Below the pieces are notes generated by a model, which did not search any database, was not told the origin of the DNA, and was given only the letters and a program-made list of their open reading frames with translations. A program made the position numbers and the translations under genes. Shown piece by piece: positions 8,623-18,073 of a stretch of DNA of 28,450 nucleotides; the stretch's first letter is position 1; each line of letters starts with the position of its first letter. Location of the stretch: IMG/VR virus record IMGVR_UViG_3300012041_000055, positions 1 through 28,450 of that record, one strand, 5' to 3'. The stretch comes from a virus (taxonomy: Duplodnaviria > Caudoviricetes).

Positions 8623-10137
8623 ATGCCGACGCCGGAAGAATTAGAAGTGATTAGGGCGTTTCGACAGCGCCAGTATCGCATGAGAATGATGCGATTGCGG
8701 CCGTCTGTGCCTGTTACAGAACAAAATCCTGCTCGTGAAGCGAATGGGATGTGGGGGTACCAGCGCACCGGTTCAATGAATGCAGGATCACCAATTTTGA
8801 CATTGACCTTTACATCAGATTTCCAAGTTGGCGATCCAGTCATTGTATCGACAGGTGGCGAGGAAGGGCTCGGCTTGTATGGTACTGTTGGCGTTGGCGG
8901 GAACCGTGGTATTGTCGGTTCGAACTATTACGAGTCGCAAATAAATCCACAGGCGTTGATCGCAACTGTGATCGATCGCAATGACGACGGTTCGGTGTTG
9001 ACATTGAGTCAATCAGCTGTGGTCAGCACGACCAATACCCTGATTGTATTCGACAACCGATCAATCGTTCAAGGATTTAATGAAGAAGTTCACGCTCCTG
9101 GTCATGAGATTGTCTATCCTGCTGGCAATTTTTATATGAGCAACACCTTTGGTATCATTGGTCAATCTGCGGGTTGGCTTATTCGTGGTGCAGGAAAGCA
9201 CGATACTGTATTTCGAGCACCTACGGGTGTCCAACTAAGCATGTTTGCATTTCAAGCTCATGGTGTAGAGATAAGGGACTTTAGCATCATAGGAAACCTT
9301 GCAGATGATAGTTTTGGTATGACAGGTACGGAATACAACTCCGGCATAGTTTTGATCCAGACGGCCAATGCCATTGTTCGTAATTTTCACGCCGAGGATG
9401 TGTTTGCAAAGGTAGTATGGGCAATAGGTGGTGGTGCCGATAATGTACTAGTCGAGGATTGCTCATGTCGTATGCGTGCGGCGCGTCGAGAATACTTAGC
9501 TGAATGGCTCTTTGGCGTAAGTGACAGCGTTGGCGGTACGTTCAATCGCTGTACTGTTGATAGCGATTACTTGATGCCTGGATTTGAAACCTTTCGTTCC
9601 AACGGCGTTATCTTCAATGACTGTAGCAGTAGAAATGGAATAGTTGCGTGCAATTCGAGTGGCAATTTTGAACTTAACGACTTCTCAATAATAGTGGAGG
9701 AATTGTCACAGCCCAATCAACCGTCTGATGTCCCACATCACCATTTGAGTCCGATCATAGACGTTAACCGAAACATCGTGCCTCCAGATCCTAGTATATC
9801 TGCGGGTGGTGTGATTAATAACATGCAGATTATCGTACAAGGACCAATCAATTCGAATGGAGAATTAAAGAAGGGGATCGTTATTAATGTGGACAACCCA
9901 AACATCACGGTCAATGGTGGACAGGTAGCGTATCCATCGACTCCTGGTCCGAGTGGTACAGATGTTGGTGCGCGTGGGTTTAGTTCGACAGGCCTGAATA
10001 CGATTGTTAATAACTTTACGGTCATTGGTCCATCGAGAGATGAATTCGAGAACAATATTGAAGTCGAGGATGGAGCGGTTAACAATTGTACTGCGACGCG
10101 TATCAGATGCGTTGGACCGAACTGTGTACTGACATAG
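8623..10137 (+). CDS. Right-handed beta-helix (pectin lyase-like) tailspike / depolymerase candidate
   Basis: 'IVYPAGNFY...LIRGAG...T', 'VEIRDFSIIGN' and 'NVLVEDC' beta-helix signatures; Asn/Gly/Ile-rich. Confidence 0.7.
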   Translation: MPTPEELEVIRAFRQRQYRMRMMRLRPSVPVTEQNPAREANGMWGYQRTGSMNAGSPILTLTFTSDFQVGDPVIVSTGGEEGLGLYGTVGVGGNRGIVGSNYYESQINPQALIATVIDRNDDGSVLTLSQSAVVSTTNTLIVFDNRSIVQGFNEEVHAPGHEIVYPAGNFYMSNTFGIIGQSAGWLIRGAGKHDTVFRAPTGVQLSMFAFQAHGVEIRDFSIIGNLADDSFGMTGTEYNSGIVLIQTANAIVRNFHAEDVFAKVVWAIGGGADNVLVEDCSCRMRAARREYLAEWLFGVSDSVGGTFNRCTVDSDYLMPGFETFRSNGVIFNDCSSRNGIVACNSSGNFELNDFSIIVEELSQPNQPSDVPHHHLSPIIDVNRNIVPPDPSISAGGVINNMQIIVQGPINSNGELKKGIVINVDNPNITVNGGQVAYPSTPGPSGTDVGARGFSSTGLNTIVNNFTVIGPSRDEFENNIEVEDGAVNNCTATRIRCVGPNCVLT

Positions 10138-10159
10138 GAAAGATTGTGAGTCATACACG

Positions 10160-11512
10160 ATGACGACCTCATATACCAGATACCTTAGGTTGCCCCTTGA
10201 GGATTTCCTCACGGTGCCGTGGCATACCGGCTTCGCGAACACTGTACACGCGATCGATCGGGTTATGTTCCGTATCGCAACGGGACAAGGCGTAACGATT
10301 TGGGCTAACAACACTGATTATGAAGGGACAGATCTGGTCATCAGTCCAGAGGATGGTACTTTTTGGGAGTGTCTCGTAGCGCATACCAGTGCGACTTCAC
10401 CTACACTGTTCTCCGCTGATCGGACGGCAAATCCTAGCTTCTGGATCGAGCTTGTTGGCGATCTTTTGCCGAACGAGGTTACGAATACCATTCTTGCTGA
10501 TATGCCACCTTGGTCGATTAAGGGTCGCAACGCAGGAATTACAGGCGATCCTAGCGATATGGCGTTAGCCACGATTGCTACGGAAGCGGTGGCTGCATCT
10601 GGTCAATTCCTTTTGGGCTTTCTTGCAACTGGAGAAATTCGTAAGTTCGAAATGATTGATGTCCTTGGTGGTGTCGGTGGTAGTTCACCGGGTGGTGTCG
10701 ATACAAATATTCAATTCAATGACGGCGGCAGTTTTGGGGGCGATGCTAATTTCAATTGGAATAAAACCGATGAACGATTGGCAATTGGTCATACACAAAC
10801 GCTTGTATCAGTGAACGCCTTTCATCCAGCCGTGCAGATGCATGGTGTAGATTTCAATCACGCCTCTTTCCAAGCAACTGAGTGGTCGAATGACGATCTT
10901 TTTCCTGGTATTCTGTTGGGCAAATCGCGGGGCGCAGCGATCGGAACACACTCTGCTGTACTCCTAGACAATCGATTGGGTGGTATATTCTTTCTAGGCT
11001 CGGATGGTGCTGTATTTCGTGTTGGCGCTGAATTTAATGCCTTTGCTGATGGAAACTGGACAGGTAGTAGTGCTCCCGCAAGGTGGAGTGTACGAGTCAC
11101 ACAGCCGAACGATGTTGGTCCTACAGAAGCACTACTTGTTATGAGCAGTTTGGAGTTGCGACCATTGGCGCGTGTGACCGACACAATAGTTCCGTTGTCA
11201 GACGTGGCGTCTGTTCCACTTGATGCCGCTTTGGGTGACAGTTTCAAGTTAATCGCGACAGGTGACAGAACAATTCAGGTGCCAACGAATGCGCCCGCAA
11301 CCGGTCGTGGGCACAGGGTCATCATTATGCACGAAGCCTCCGGTGCAAATCGCACGTTGTCCTTAACGACAGGTTCGGCTGGATCGTTCAGGTTCGGATC
11401 GGACATTATGAGTCTCACAGTAACACTGAGCGGAACGGTCGATTACATTGGTTGTGTGTGGAACCAAATAGACGATCGATGGGATGTAGTCTCTTACGTG
11501 AAAGGGTTCTGA
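10160..11512 (+). CDS. Tail fibre protein 2 (N-terminus paralogous to fibre 1)
   Basis: The first ~100 aa align by eye with 6653-7978; 'PGGVDTNIQFNDGGSFGGDANF' fibre linker. Confidence 0.7.
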   Translation: MTTSYTRYLRLPLEDFLTVPWHTGFANTVHAIDRVMFRIATGQGVTIWANNTDYEGTDLVISPEDGTFWECLVAHTSATSPTLFSADRTANPSFWIELVGDLLPNEVTNTILADMPPWSIKGRNAGITGDPSDMALATIATEAVAASGQFLLGFLATGEIRKFEMIDVLGGVGGSSPGGVDTNIQFNDGGSFGGDANFNWNKTDERLAIGHTQTLVSVNAFHPAVQMHGVDFNHASFQATEWSNDDLFPGILLGKSRGAAIGTHSAVLLDNRLGGIFFLGSDGAVFRVGAEFNAFADGNWTGSSAPARWSVRVTQPNDVGPTEALLVMSSLELRPLARVTDTIVPLSDVASVPLDAALGDSFKLIATGDRTIQVPTNAPATGRGHRVIIMHEASGANRTLSLTTGSAGSFRFGSDIMSLTVTLSGTVDYIGCVWNQIDDRWDVVSYVKGF

Positions 11513-11513
11513 G

Positions 11514-11873
11514 ATGAAGAAAGAAGGCGAAGTGATGATCGACCACCGGGCTAGTCCTGGTATTCCTGCCGATATGGCAGAAAAGTTTGGCTTCCATCCT
11601 GATCAAGTTAAGGAAGGAGCCCTGTTCGAAGCTGCCACCATGACTTGTTGGCACTGTGGCCGCGTGGTCATTCGTAATCCCTTACGGGAACGGGCGCGTC
11701 CCCATTGCTATCAGTGCAATCAGTACATCTGTGATATTTGCGATGGAGTACGGCGTCAACCTGACTATGTACACCGTCCGTGGAAAGCTGTCGTGGACTT
11801 GGTTCAGAGCGGCAAGTTCACAATGGCTGGAACCTCAGTCAACCCCGTTCTGATACCACGAAAGGAAGACTGA
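11514..11873 (+). CDS. Zn-finger-like hypothetical protein
   Basis: Three CxxC pairs (CWHC, CYQC, CDIC). Confidence 0.65.
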   Translation: MKKEGEVMIDHRASPGIPADMAEKFGFHPDQVKEGALFEAATMTCWHCGRVVIRNPLRERARPHCYQCNQYICDICDGVRRQPDYVHRPWKAVVDLVQSGKFTMAGTSVNPVLIPRKED

Positions 11874-11874
11874 G

Positions 11875-12393
11875 ATGGCGAAATGGTCCTTCAAATCTGC
11901 TGGTCTAACCTTCACTGCTGCTAATGCGGGCGCTGCGATCGGTAGCGCCTCGACATATATGGCACTCAAGGGTGGCTCGACAACGCAAGTGATCGATCTT
12001 CTCGAAGTGTCGATCTCTGGTAAGGCGACCGCTTCAACTGTAGCTGCCTTGGAACTCGCCAGGGCGTCCACGTTGGAAACCACTCCTACGGCGCTCGCGG
12101 CCCCGCACAGTGCTGGTCCGATGCATCCCGCTACTGCCGCTCTGGCCGCTCCGCCGGTACCGTTTGTTGCGGCTGCGACTCAGCCCACACCGTCGAACGT
12201 TGTGACTGATGCGAAGCTCAATCTCGCAATGAACTTGTTCGGCGGTATCTATCGTTGGAACGCAAGTCCTACCCAACAGTGGACGATTGTTGGTAATACT
12301 GCTCCTGGCGGCGAAAGTGTACTGTGGAACAACCTGCTCGCCGGTGGTTCTTCGGGACTCGCCGACGCGCACTTCGAATATGAGCCATTCTGA
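11875..12393 (+). CDS. Hypothetical, probably virion structural protein
   Basis: 172 aa, Ala/Thr/Gly-rich; AAGGAAG RBS; within the tail module. Confidence 0.55.
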   Translation: MAKWSFKSAGLTFTAANAGAAIGSASTYMALKGGSTTQVIDLLEVSISGKATASTVAALELARASTLETTPTALAAPHSAGPMHPATAALAAPPVPFVAAATQPTPSNVVTDAKLNLAMNLFGGIYRWNASPTQQWTIVGNTAPGGESVLWNNLLAGGSSGLADAHFEYEPF

Positions 12394-12412
12394 GGGTGTG
12401 TGAGTCACATAC

Positions 12413-12438
12413 GGATGCGCGCATCGCTGCGCGCATCC
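12413..12438 (+). terminator. GC-rich stem-loop GGATGCGCGCA-TCGC-TGCGCGCATCC (terminator or processing hairpin)
   Basis: Perfect 11-bp intergenic stem; only a weak T-containing tail (ATCTTACTT), so termination is uncertain. Confidence 0.5.
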
Positions 12439-12461
12439 ATCTTACTTGAGGATACTAAATC

Positions 12462-15400
12462 ATGGCTGTTGCGATTACCAATACTGGTGGAGATATTGCT
12501 GGCGTTGCTGCGTCTGGCAATGTTGCCACCTATTCTGGTGTTAGTATTGGTGCGACTGCGGCTGATCGTGTTGTTGTAGTCTGTATTGGTACTGAGCTAA
12601 CTAGTTCTGTACCAACTGCCGTTACCATTGATTATGGTACTGGCGCTCTCGCTATGAGCGCCAGGCAGAGCGCGACTCAAGGGGCTGTTAACTCTCATAT
12701 TTTTTCTCTACCTGCACCGACTGGGACGACCGCAACTATTGCTGTGACGTTTGGGGGTACTAATCCAACTGGCGCTCAGAATAAAATTGCAGTCTTTCGT
12801 GTTACAGGAGGATTTGAATTACCTGGTGTTGGAAGCGTCGCTGACACCGATGCTGATCCAATTTCCTCTGGTGCTATAACGATTCCGACCAGTGGCGGTT
12901 GCATTGCGATTTGTGCAGATGCTACCAATGGTACAGCACGTACATGGACAGGTATTACCGAAGACTTAGACGTTGATACAACAGCCTTTAGGTTTTCTAC
13001 CGGAATTAGTACCACAGCCGGTACTCCAACTATTACCGTCTCTGGAGGTAATGGCGAAGACGGCGCACTCAGTTGGGTTATATTCGGACTTGCGCCTTCA
13101 ATGAACGCATTCCGTATCTATGCAAACGGAACAGAGGCTGGTGCTGTTGCTCACGCTGCACAAAATACCAATGCCGAGTTCAACGCCGATAGATTTGACA
13201 GTGGGCATATCCGCGTTCGAATTCAGAATAACGGTCTGGCCAACCCTTCGACCGATGACTGGACACTACAGTTTTCGAAGAACGGCGGAGCCTATGTAGA
13301 TTATTCTGACTCTACGGATATTGCCTGTTTCAATGGCGTTGGCGGCCTGACAGATCAAGCTGCGACTACCAATCGTCTCACCGGTGGTACTGGCTCGTTC
13401 GTTGCAGGTAAGCAGGGTTCTGGGGATGCCACGATTGAAAACCTTGCAATCACGGCAAATAATTTTACTGAACTTGTCTACGGGTGGATGGGCGTTCCTG
13501 ATGTTGGCTTTTGTATAGAAGGGGACGACTACGATTTCCGTGTTCTACTTAACGGCGTTCCGATTACTTATAACGTCGTTCCTAGGCTCACAGCTAGGCG
13601 ACAAGGATTGTCACAAGATGCTTTCCGCTTTTACAACGACGACGAAGTAGGGGCTGACAATAATGACAGCACTCCGATTGCGGCACAGAACACTAACATT
13701 GTTCACAACACTACAAGTACTCCAAACATTCATATTCAGTTTCGTATTCAGGAGACTAATAACTGGTCTGAAACTCAAGCGATCACCCCAGCGGATGATC
13801 ACAAGACATTAGAGCTGTGTGTATCCAAAAATGGAGGCGCATACCATGCACTCGCTAGCGGGAATACGGAATGGATAGCGACTGGTACTGGAAGCACACT
13901 TGCGGATGGCGGTGCTACGACCAATCGCCTTGGTGCAGGAACGGGATCGTTTCAAGCCGGTCAGCAGATCGAATTCCAAGGCGGCGGTAATCTATCGATT
14001 TTTAATATTATCTATCCAGCTCTCGGTTACACAGAACATGTATTTGCCATTACCGCTCAAGCAGACGCTAAGGTGAATGGCGAAACATGGGACTTTCGCT
14101 TAATAAATAATAATGTCGTAAGCGATATTGTAGTTCATACTCAAACTCCACGGCTCACAGTCACCGGCGGAACCGATCCAGCAAGACCAAACAACCAGAA
14201 AGATTGGCCGTCGAGTCCTGGACACCAATTCCCTGTTCTACTAAGAAGTTGGACTCAGAACCTTCTAAGTACAACGCTCAAACCGGTAGTATTTACGGTC
14301 GGAGAACAAGTAACTGCGCTCTCACCGCGTGGGCATCAGTATCCAACGCAGCTTCGCACTTGGACACTTTCGCTTCAACAGACCACACTGGCACCGGTCC
14401 CATCAATTCCGGCTGGTAATCAAATATATGAATTGACTGATCGTGGTCTGTTACAACCGCTTCGCAGTTGGACTTGGAATTACAATCCAAATCTGATTGC
14501 TCAAGATGAAATGACAGTCGGTGATCGGCGCACCGAGTTGTCGCCGCGTGCATATCCAGAGCCTGCAACGAGAACTTGGACATTCTCATACAATCTAAAT
14601 CTGATTGGTCAAGATCGCATGACGGTAGGCGACCGTCATACCGATCTACCTAATCGTGGACCGATACAGCCGCTCCGCAGTTGGACTTGGAGCTACAATC
14701 TTAATCTGATTGCCCAAGACGAAATGGTGGTTGGTGCGACTCGCACAGAGCTACCGCCGTTCGGACCGTTGCAACCGCTGCGTTCTTGGGCGCTTTCGCT
14801 ACAACAAACGACTCTCGCACCGATTGAATTTACTGTTGGCGTACAGCATTACGACCGATTGGACACCGGACCGTTACAGCCGCCACGTTCCTGGACACTC
14901 TCACTACAACAGACAACACTTGCGCCGGCGGCACCAACACCGTTCGCTCAATTTGATTGGCCGAATCCGTATGGGCCACGACAGCCTTTGCGTTCTTGGA
15001 CATTCTCATACAATCTTAACTTAATTGGTCAGGATGTAGTCCCTGGACAACAGCGTGTCGATCTACCTCCGAGCGGTTCACGCCAACCGCTGCGCAGTTG
15101 GACTTTCTCATACAACCTAAACCTCATTGGCCAGGATCAACTTCCGGTCGGTGATCACTTTACCGTACTGCCGCCCAGAGGACACATTCATCCGAATAGC
15201 CTTCGGACATGGATACAGTCAGTCAATCTGGCACTTACTACCGAAGCGGGAACCATACCGTTCAATCAATACAATTGGCCAAATCCGCGTGGTTATATAC
15301 AGCCAATAAGATCGTGGACTGCGTTCTACAATCGCAATCTTATTGGTCAGGATAAATTCCCGGCTGGCGATCATCTGTATGCACTGTCGCCGCGTGGTCA

Positions 15401-15695
15401 TATACAGCCAAGCGATCAGCGAACATGGATTGGCAGAACACTACGATTGTTGGCTTCGGTACAGCCAATAGGTAGTCGTGTAACGGCCGTTCCGTTGTCC
15501 GTCAGACAGCCAGTCCGTACATGGATCAATGTTCAAAATCCAAACTTGGCCGCACAAGCTCTGCCGGTTGGTATGGTCTGGACTCAATTGCCAAGTGGCG
15601 CGTTCCCGAGGGATATAGGAAATCGTGCTTGGAACAGCCAAGTGCAACCAGTATCGGGATTCAATCGAAATAGTACATTCTTTGTCGTAATGTAG
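12462..15695 (+). CDS. Large virion-associated protein: beta-rich N-terminal domains plus 14 C-terminal ~36-aa R[ST]W repeats
   Basis: 1077-aa ORF with GAGG RBS; the internal duplication and tandem repeats are visible in the translation. Confidence 0.7.
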   Translation: MAVAITNTGGDIAGVAASGNVATYSGVSIGATAADRVVVVCIGTELTSSVPTAVTIDYGTGALAMSARQSATQGAVNSHIFSLPAPTGTTATIAVTFGGTNPTGAQNKIAVFRVTGGFELPGVGSVADTDADPISSGAITIPTSGGCIAICADATNGTARTWTGITEDLDVDTTAFRFSTGISTTAGTPTITVSGGNGEDGALSWVIFGLAPSMNAFRIYANGTEAGAVAHAAQNTNAEFNADRFDSGHIRVRIQNNGLANPSTDDWTLQFSKNGGAYVDYSDSTDIACFNGVGGLTDQAATTNRLTGGTGSFVAGKQGSGDATIENLAITANNFTELVYGWMGVPDVGFCIEGDDYDFRVLLNGVPITYNVVPRLTARRQGLSQDAFRFYNDDEVGADNNDSTPIAAQNTNIVHNTTSTPNIHIQFRIQETNNWSETQAITPADDHKTLELCVSKNGGAYHALASGNTEWIATGTGSTLADGGATTNRLGAGTGSFQAGQQIEFQGGGNLSIFNIIYPALGYTEHVFAITAQADAKVNGETWDFRLINNNVVSDIVVHTQTPRLTVTGGTDPARPNNQKDWPSSPGHQFPVLLRSWTQNLLSTTLKPVVFTVGEQVTALSPRGHQYPTQLRTWTLSLQQTTLAPVPSIPAGNQIYELTDRGLLQPLRSWTWNYNPNLIAQDEMTVGDRRTELSPRAYPEPATRTWTFSYNLNLIGQDRMTVGDRHTDLPNRGPIQPLRSWTWSYNLNLIAQDEMVVGATRTELPPFGPLQPLRSWALSLQQTTLAPIEFTVGVQHYDRLDTGPLQPPRSWTLSLQQTTLAPAAPTPFAQFDWPNPYGPRQPLRSWTFSYNLNLIGQDVVPGQQRVDLPPSGSRQPLRSWTFSYNLNLIGQDQLPVGDHFTVLPPRGHIHPNSLRTWIQSVNLALTTEAGTIPFNQYNWPNPRGYIQPIRSWTAFYNRNLIGQDKFPAGDHLYALSPRGHIQPSDQRTWIGRTLRLLASVQPIGSRVTAVPLSVRQPVRTWINVQNPNLAAQALPVGMVWTQLPSGAFPRDIGNRAWNSQVQPVSGFNRNSTFFVVM
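14180..15690 (+). repeat. Degenerate coding tandem repeat, 14 units of ~105-115 bp
   Basis: Recurrent QPLRSWT[WF]SYNLNLI[GA]QD and R[ST]WxLSLQQTTLAP units. Confidence 0.9.
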
Positions 15696-15716
15696 TGTAC
15701 GACTCGCACAGCGGAG

Positions 15717-16052
15717 ATGAACATGATCGACTTCTCAGCGGCACTGAAAGGAATGGACGGAAAGACTGATATGACACAGATGGTGACTGGTGACGATGGA
15801 GCCCCATTGACAGAGCTAGTCACACTTGGTAAAATAGCTGTTAATTCGCTCTGCGCTGGTGGACAGAACATTAGTGGTGAGGAACACGTTAAGCGGTTTC
15901 TTTTAGCCACTAAAATACGTGAACAACAATCTGTTACACTTAGCACGGCAGACATAGAATTGATCAAACAGTGCATCCAGAAGATATATCCTGCGACAAT
16001 AGTCGTGGCGCAGTGTTGGATACTGCTTGATCCGGCAATCGCAAAGACATAA
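15717..16052 (+). CDS. Hypothetical protein (possible tail chaperone)
   Basis: 111-aa ORF filling the gap between the repeat protein and the internal virion genes; GGAG upstream (ATG 15723 is an alternative start). Confidence 0.6.
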   Translation: MNMIDFSAALKGMDGKTDMTQMVTGDDGAPLTELVTLGKIAVNSLCAGGQNISGEEHVKRFLLATKIREQQSVTLSTADIELIKQCIQKIYPATIVVAQCWILLDPAIAKT

Positions 16053-16064
16053 TGGGAGGCCACA

Positions 16065-17006
16065 ATGGGCTTTTGGGACTTTCAAGACTGGTTCGGCGGT
16101 TACGATGAAGGCGCAGCTAATGCTGCCGAGCAACGTAAACGCGAGGAAGAAGATCGCCAACGACTGGCTGCACAGGCCACTAGTGATGCGACTGCAAGTT
16201 CCGAAACAGCACGATTAGCTGGCCTTCGTACTTCGGCTGCCGATACAGCAAGGACCGGTGCTCAGAACTACTTCTCCGAGCGCGGTCTTGATCCATCTGC
16301 ATATGGTAGTAATATCGACGAAGAAATCAACAGCATTATGAGTTCGATCGGTTCTAGCGATCCGACTCCTGGCATGTACTTCAAAGACTTTGGCCAGAAT
16401 GTATTTGATCGTGCGCAGCAGGGCTCAAGGGATAGGGCTTTGCGTAGTATAGATTCGCAATTCGGTCCTGATTATGCTTATGGACGGATTGCCAACACGG
16501 CAGATGATCCATTCATTTCGCAAATCGATACAGAACAGCGCGGTAAAGCTAACGAGTACATTGACCGGCTCTTGAAACGTGGTGTCATTACAGATACCGG
16601 TGCGACTGGTGCGTACAAGAACTTGGATGAACAGGGTGCAGGTGTTCGATCCCAACTCAGTGACATTGGCGGCGATCTCTTATCCAGTGGACGAGACAGT
16701 CTTGGTTCGATCTTGGGACGTGCCCGGGGAGCCGCAGGTGGCCTTTCGCTTGGCAACGATTTCGACGTTGGAAGATACCAGAATGAACTCGATCAGACCT
16801 TCAACGATTTCATGAGCGGCTTCGGTGAGAAACTCCGTGGATCAATATCTGGACCGCTCTATGACACATCCAATTTAGCTGCAACTGCTGGTGCTGCTTC
16901 GGGTGCGCAAAATACAGCGTTCAATCCGTTTGCACTGGCTGGTCAAGAAGACCCATTGGGTCAAACGCCTGGAACAGAAGATAAAAAGAAAAAGACATTC
17001 TTCTAG
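16065..17006 (+). CDS. Putative internal virion (ejection) protein
   Basis: GGAGG RBS; helical, Gly/Ala/Asp/Gln-rich, no Cys; first of a run of such genes ending in a 1316-aa gene. Confidence 0.55.
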   Translation: MGFWDFQDWFGGYDEGAANAAEQRKREEEDRQRLAAQATSDATASSETARLAGLRTSAADTARTGAQNYFSERGLDPSAYGSNIDEEINSIMSSIGSSDPTPGMYFKDFGQNVFDRAQQGSRDRALRSIDSQFGPDYAYGRIANTADDPFISQIDTEQRGKANEYIDRLLKRGVITDTGATGAYKNLDEQGAGVRSQLSDIGGDLLSSGRDSLGSILGRARGAAGGLSLGNDFDVGRYQNELDQTFNDFMSGFGEKLRGSISGPLYDTSNLAATAGAASGAQNTAFNPFALAGQEDPLGQTPGTEDKKKKTFF

Positions 17007-17036
17007 GCTGTATGACTCGCACACTCGGAGGCGGTT

Positions 17037-18041
17037 ATGGCATTTGATCCAATCAGTGCGGCGATCACTGGCGGTCTTGCTCTTATCGATATGCAGGGCA
17101 AGAAGGAAGCGTCCAAGACCGCGCAAGCGCAACTCGCTGAAACGAAGCGGATGAATGCCGATATGCTCCGTATGGCTCAAGCTGGCCAAACGGATGCCTT
17201 TGGCAACCGCTTTACTTTCAATGACGCCCTAAACGAATGGCTCACAAAGCTTACACCGGAACAGCAATCTCTCATTAGTGCTGGTGAACGTGAACAGCGC
17301 CTTGGATTGACAGAAGACGCTGGCCGGAACCGTGGCATTCGGGAGATGCAGGCACGTACAGGTCGTCAGGCTGGCGACATGCTCAGTCAAGCATTGACTC
17401 GTTATGCGTCCGGTGGTCCGTCGGAAGAAGGTACGCGATCCACACTAACCAGATTACTTAGCCAATCAACTCCTGACGTTGGAGCGCGTCGCGATGTAAC
17501 TCCTAGCGGTGTATTGATTAGTGGTGGACAACAGGGAACTCCGATACAGCGTTTGGCCAAGATACTGTTGCAATCGCGACAAGGCGCACTGGCAGAAACC
17601 GGTCAACGTGAAGGTCAGCGGCAACAGCGTGACCTTGGCGGAATCGGTCAATTGGCTTCTCTAATGGGAGGCGGTCAGACCAATATCAACATGCCGGGTA
17701 CTGCTGACAGTATCGATGCCAAACAAAACGCCTTGTCCAACAGACAGCTACAAACGCAACAGGGCGCGATCGGCAATATACAAGGCCCGTATGCTAATGC
17801 TGTCAAGACAGCAGATACGATGCCTGGACTACGCGACATTGCATCGCTGTATGCCGCTCTGAACAGAAGTACTACTAACAAGACTGGAACGGGTGCAGTC
17901 CGTAACCTGCCAAATCTAACTGAGCCCATCGGTAAGAGCAGTCTTGGACCTTCGCCGTCATCATTGTCCACGACGCAGCCGTTCTCGTCATGGATGGACT
18001 CAACTAAGCATCCGTGGTCATTAGAGCAATCCTGGTTCTAA
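17037..18041 (+). CDS. Putative internal virion / DNA pilot protein
   Basis: GGAGG RBS; N-terminus MAFDPISAAITGGLALI followed by a Gln/Ala coiled coil, as in podovirus ejection proteins. Confidence 0.6.
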   Translation: MAFDPISAAITGGLALIDMQGKKEASKTAQAQLAETKRMNADMLRMAQAGQTDAFGNRFTFNDALNEWLTKLTPEQQSLISAGEREQRLGLTEDAGRNRGIREMQARTGRQAGDMLSQALTRYASGGPSEEGTRSTLTRLLSQSTPDVGARRDVTPSGVLISGGQQGTPIQRLAKILLQSRQGALAETGQREGQRQQRDLGGIGQLASLMGGGQTNINMPGTADSIDAKQNALSNRQLQTQQGAIGNIQGPYANAVKTADTMPGLRDIASLYAALNRSTTNKTGTGAVRNLPNLTEPIGKSSLGPSPSSLSTTQPFSSWMDSTKHPWSLEQSWF

Positions 18042-18073
18042 CGCTGTGTGACTCATACAAATAGGAGAAGACA

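Noticed and set aside
14180-15690. Diversity-generating retroelement template/variable repeat pair
   Set aside because: The repeats are in-frame protein repeats differing at all four bases, mostly synonymous positions, not adenine-specific; no reverse transcriptase in the window.
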